Origin: a bacterium
GTDB lineage: Bacteria; Sysuimicrobiota; Sysuimicrobiia; Sysuimicrobiales; Humicultoraceae
Length of the DNA: 16,016 nucleotides
Direction of reading: 5' to 3'
NCBI GenBank assembly: GCA_041497675.1
Contig: JBGQGY010000090.1
Location: 1 to 16,016 of the forward strand
The stretch's first letter is position 1; every line of letters begins with the position of its first letter. The notes under the pieces were generated by a model. That model was not told the origin of the DNA, did no database searches, and saw nothing but the letters and a program-made list of their open reading frames with translations. Shown one piece after another: positions 14,647 through 16,016 of this stretch. The position numbers were made by a program, and so were the translations under genes.

Positions 14647-16016
14647 TCACGCGACCGGGACCACCAGCGCCACCGTGGTGCCCTGTCCCGGCGCGGAGGT
14701 CACCTCCAGAGCGCCCCCGATGCTCTCGGCGCGCTCGCGCATCGTCTCCAGACCGAACCGCTCGCCCGTTTCCGCCCGCACGGCCGCGATGTTGAACCCG
14801 CACCCGTCGTCGGTCACCCGCACCAGAAGCCGATCGTCTTCGGCCGCGAGCGTCACGGTCACGGCGCCGGCCCGGGCGTGCTTGCGAACGTTGGTCAGCG
14901 CTTCCTGGACGATCCGAGTCACCTGGACTGCGGCCACGGCGGGCAGCGGCGGAATCGGATCCCGCACATCGTAGACTACCGGCAGTCTGGTCTGATCGCG
15001 GAACAGGCTGATCTGTGTCCTGAGCGCCGTCACGAGGTCTTCCCGCGCCCCGGAGATTTTCAGTCCCAGGATAGCATGGCGGACCTCATCGTAGGCGTCA
15101 CGGATCGTTTGACGCATCTGGGCCAACTCTTCCCCGGCCTCGCGTGTTCTCCCGGCTGTGACCAGGTCTTCGACAATCTTGGCCTTGAGGTTGAGGAACC
15201 CTAAGCTCTGCCCAAGACTGTCGTGCATCTCGCGTCCCAGCCGGTCACGCTCCTCCAGGATCGCGAGGCTCTGCACCTGCTCGTACAGGCGCGCGTTCTC
15301 GATAGCGATGGCCGCCTGATTGGCCATGCGGCTCAGCAGGTGGACATCGTCGTCGCTTGTCGGCTGCACCCGGCGGAAGGCGATGACCAGCGTCCCGATG
15401 GTCTTGCCCCGGGTCGCGATCGGCACTGCCGCGTGTGTCCGCAGTTCTTCGTGCCGAACCAGAGGATCGAGCTCGTGCGTAATGTGCGAGTTGGTGAGGT
15501 AGTCGTCGACTACCAGCGGCTGACCGGTGAGCATGACCTGACCGGCGACGCCTTGCCCGGGCGCGAGTTCCGCACCCATCAGCGCGTGTCCGCGGAGGCC
15601 GCTTGCCGCGCGCATGATCAGCCGGCCGCGGCCCTCATCCAACAGGCTCAGCATCGCCGCGTCGGCGCCCAACAACTCGCGGGCGCTGGCCACAACCATG
15701 TCGAGGACCCGCCCGACATCGGACAGGATGGTAATCTCGGTACCCAGGCGGTAGAGGGCTTCGGCTTCCCGGCGTCTTTCGGCTGTCTCCTGGAACAGCC
15801 TGGCGTTCTCGACCGCCACGCCCACCTCCTGGGCCACGGTCGACAACAGGTTTGATTCGGCCTCGGCATAACGTGCCCCGGGCCGTCCAACGATCGTCAG
15901 CTCACCGAGGAGCCGGTCCTTCGCCCGTACCGGCACTCTGATGAACGGCCTGGCGTCTCCTCCATCTGAGAACGCGATCACGCCGGCGGCCACAGCCCCG
16001 CGATCGAGCTTGCCAA
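14647..16016 (-). CDS. GAF-domain sensor histidine kinase, HisKA_3 (NarX/NarQ/DosS-like), 5'-truncated
   Basis: Two GAF-type repeats ending in AVENARLF and AIENARLY; H-box ERDRLGREMHDSLGQ; QEALTNVRKHA, DDGCGF, FGL..MRERA. Frame stays open to the window end. Confidence 0.95.
   Translation of the reverse strand, partial: GKLDRGAVAAGVIAFSDGGDARPFIRVPVRAKDRLLGELTIVGRPGARYAEAESNLLSTVAQEVGVAVENARLFQETAERRREAEALYRLGTEITILSDVGRVLDMVVASARELLGADAAMLSLLDEGRGRLIMRAASGLRGHALMGAELAPGQGVAGQVMLTGQPLVVDDYLTNSHITHELDPLVRHEELRTHAAVPIATRGKTIGTLVIAFRRVQPTSDDDVHLLSRMANQAAIAIENARLYEQVQSLAILEERDRLGREMHDSLGQSLGFLNLKAKIVEDLVTAGRTREAGEELAQMRQTIRDAYDEVRHAILGLKISGAREDLVTALRTQISLFRDQTRLPVVYDVRDPIPPLPAVAAVQVTRIVQEALTNVRKHARAGAVTVTLAAEDDRLLVRVTDDGCGFNIAAVRAETGERFGLETMRERAESIGGALEVTSAPGQGTTVALVVPVA

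Overview
GC-rich bacterial window: an anaerobic-respiration island interrupted by a partly decayed arsenic-resistance cluster. Right block (minus strand): GAF-containing HisKA_3 sensor kinase (cut by the window edge), NarL-type regulator, degenerate stand-alone receiver protein, small membrane protein, 7-heme cytochrome c and FdnI-like cytochrome b (a split CbcL-like pair). Middle block (plus strand): two ~174-bp direct repeats carrying a promoter/operator and flanking a DUF2180-like gene, then arsR, frameshifted arsD, an arsA-stub/CDF-tail chimera, acr3 and arsC. Left block (minus strand): a tightly packed 5-gene operon, ttrB-like, ttrA-like Tat molybdoenzyme, Rieske protein, cytochrome b (PEWY), 9-heme membrane-anchored cytochrome c, convergent with another multiheme cytochrome. 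Most notable: the TtrA/SrdA-family reductase has no TtrC/NrfD anchor in its operon. Its B subunit has lost exactly the four ligands of the anchor-proximal Fe-S cluster and ends in a CxxCH motif, and a Rieske/cytochrome b plus multiheme module takes the anchor's place. This is a candidate Q-cycle-coupled As/Se/S-oxyanion respiratory system. All calls come from motif recognition by eye; no database searches were run.
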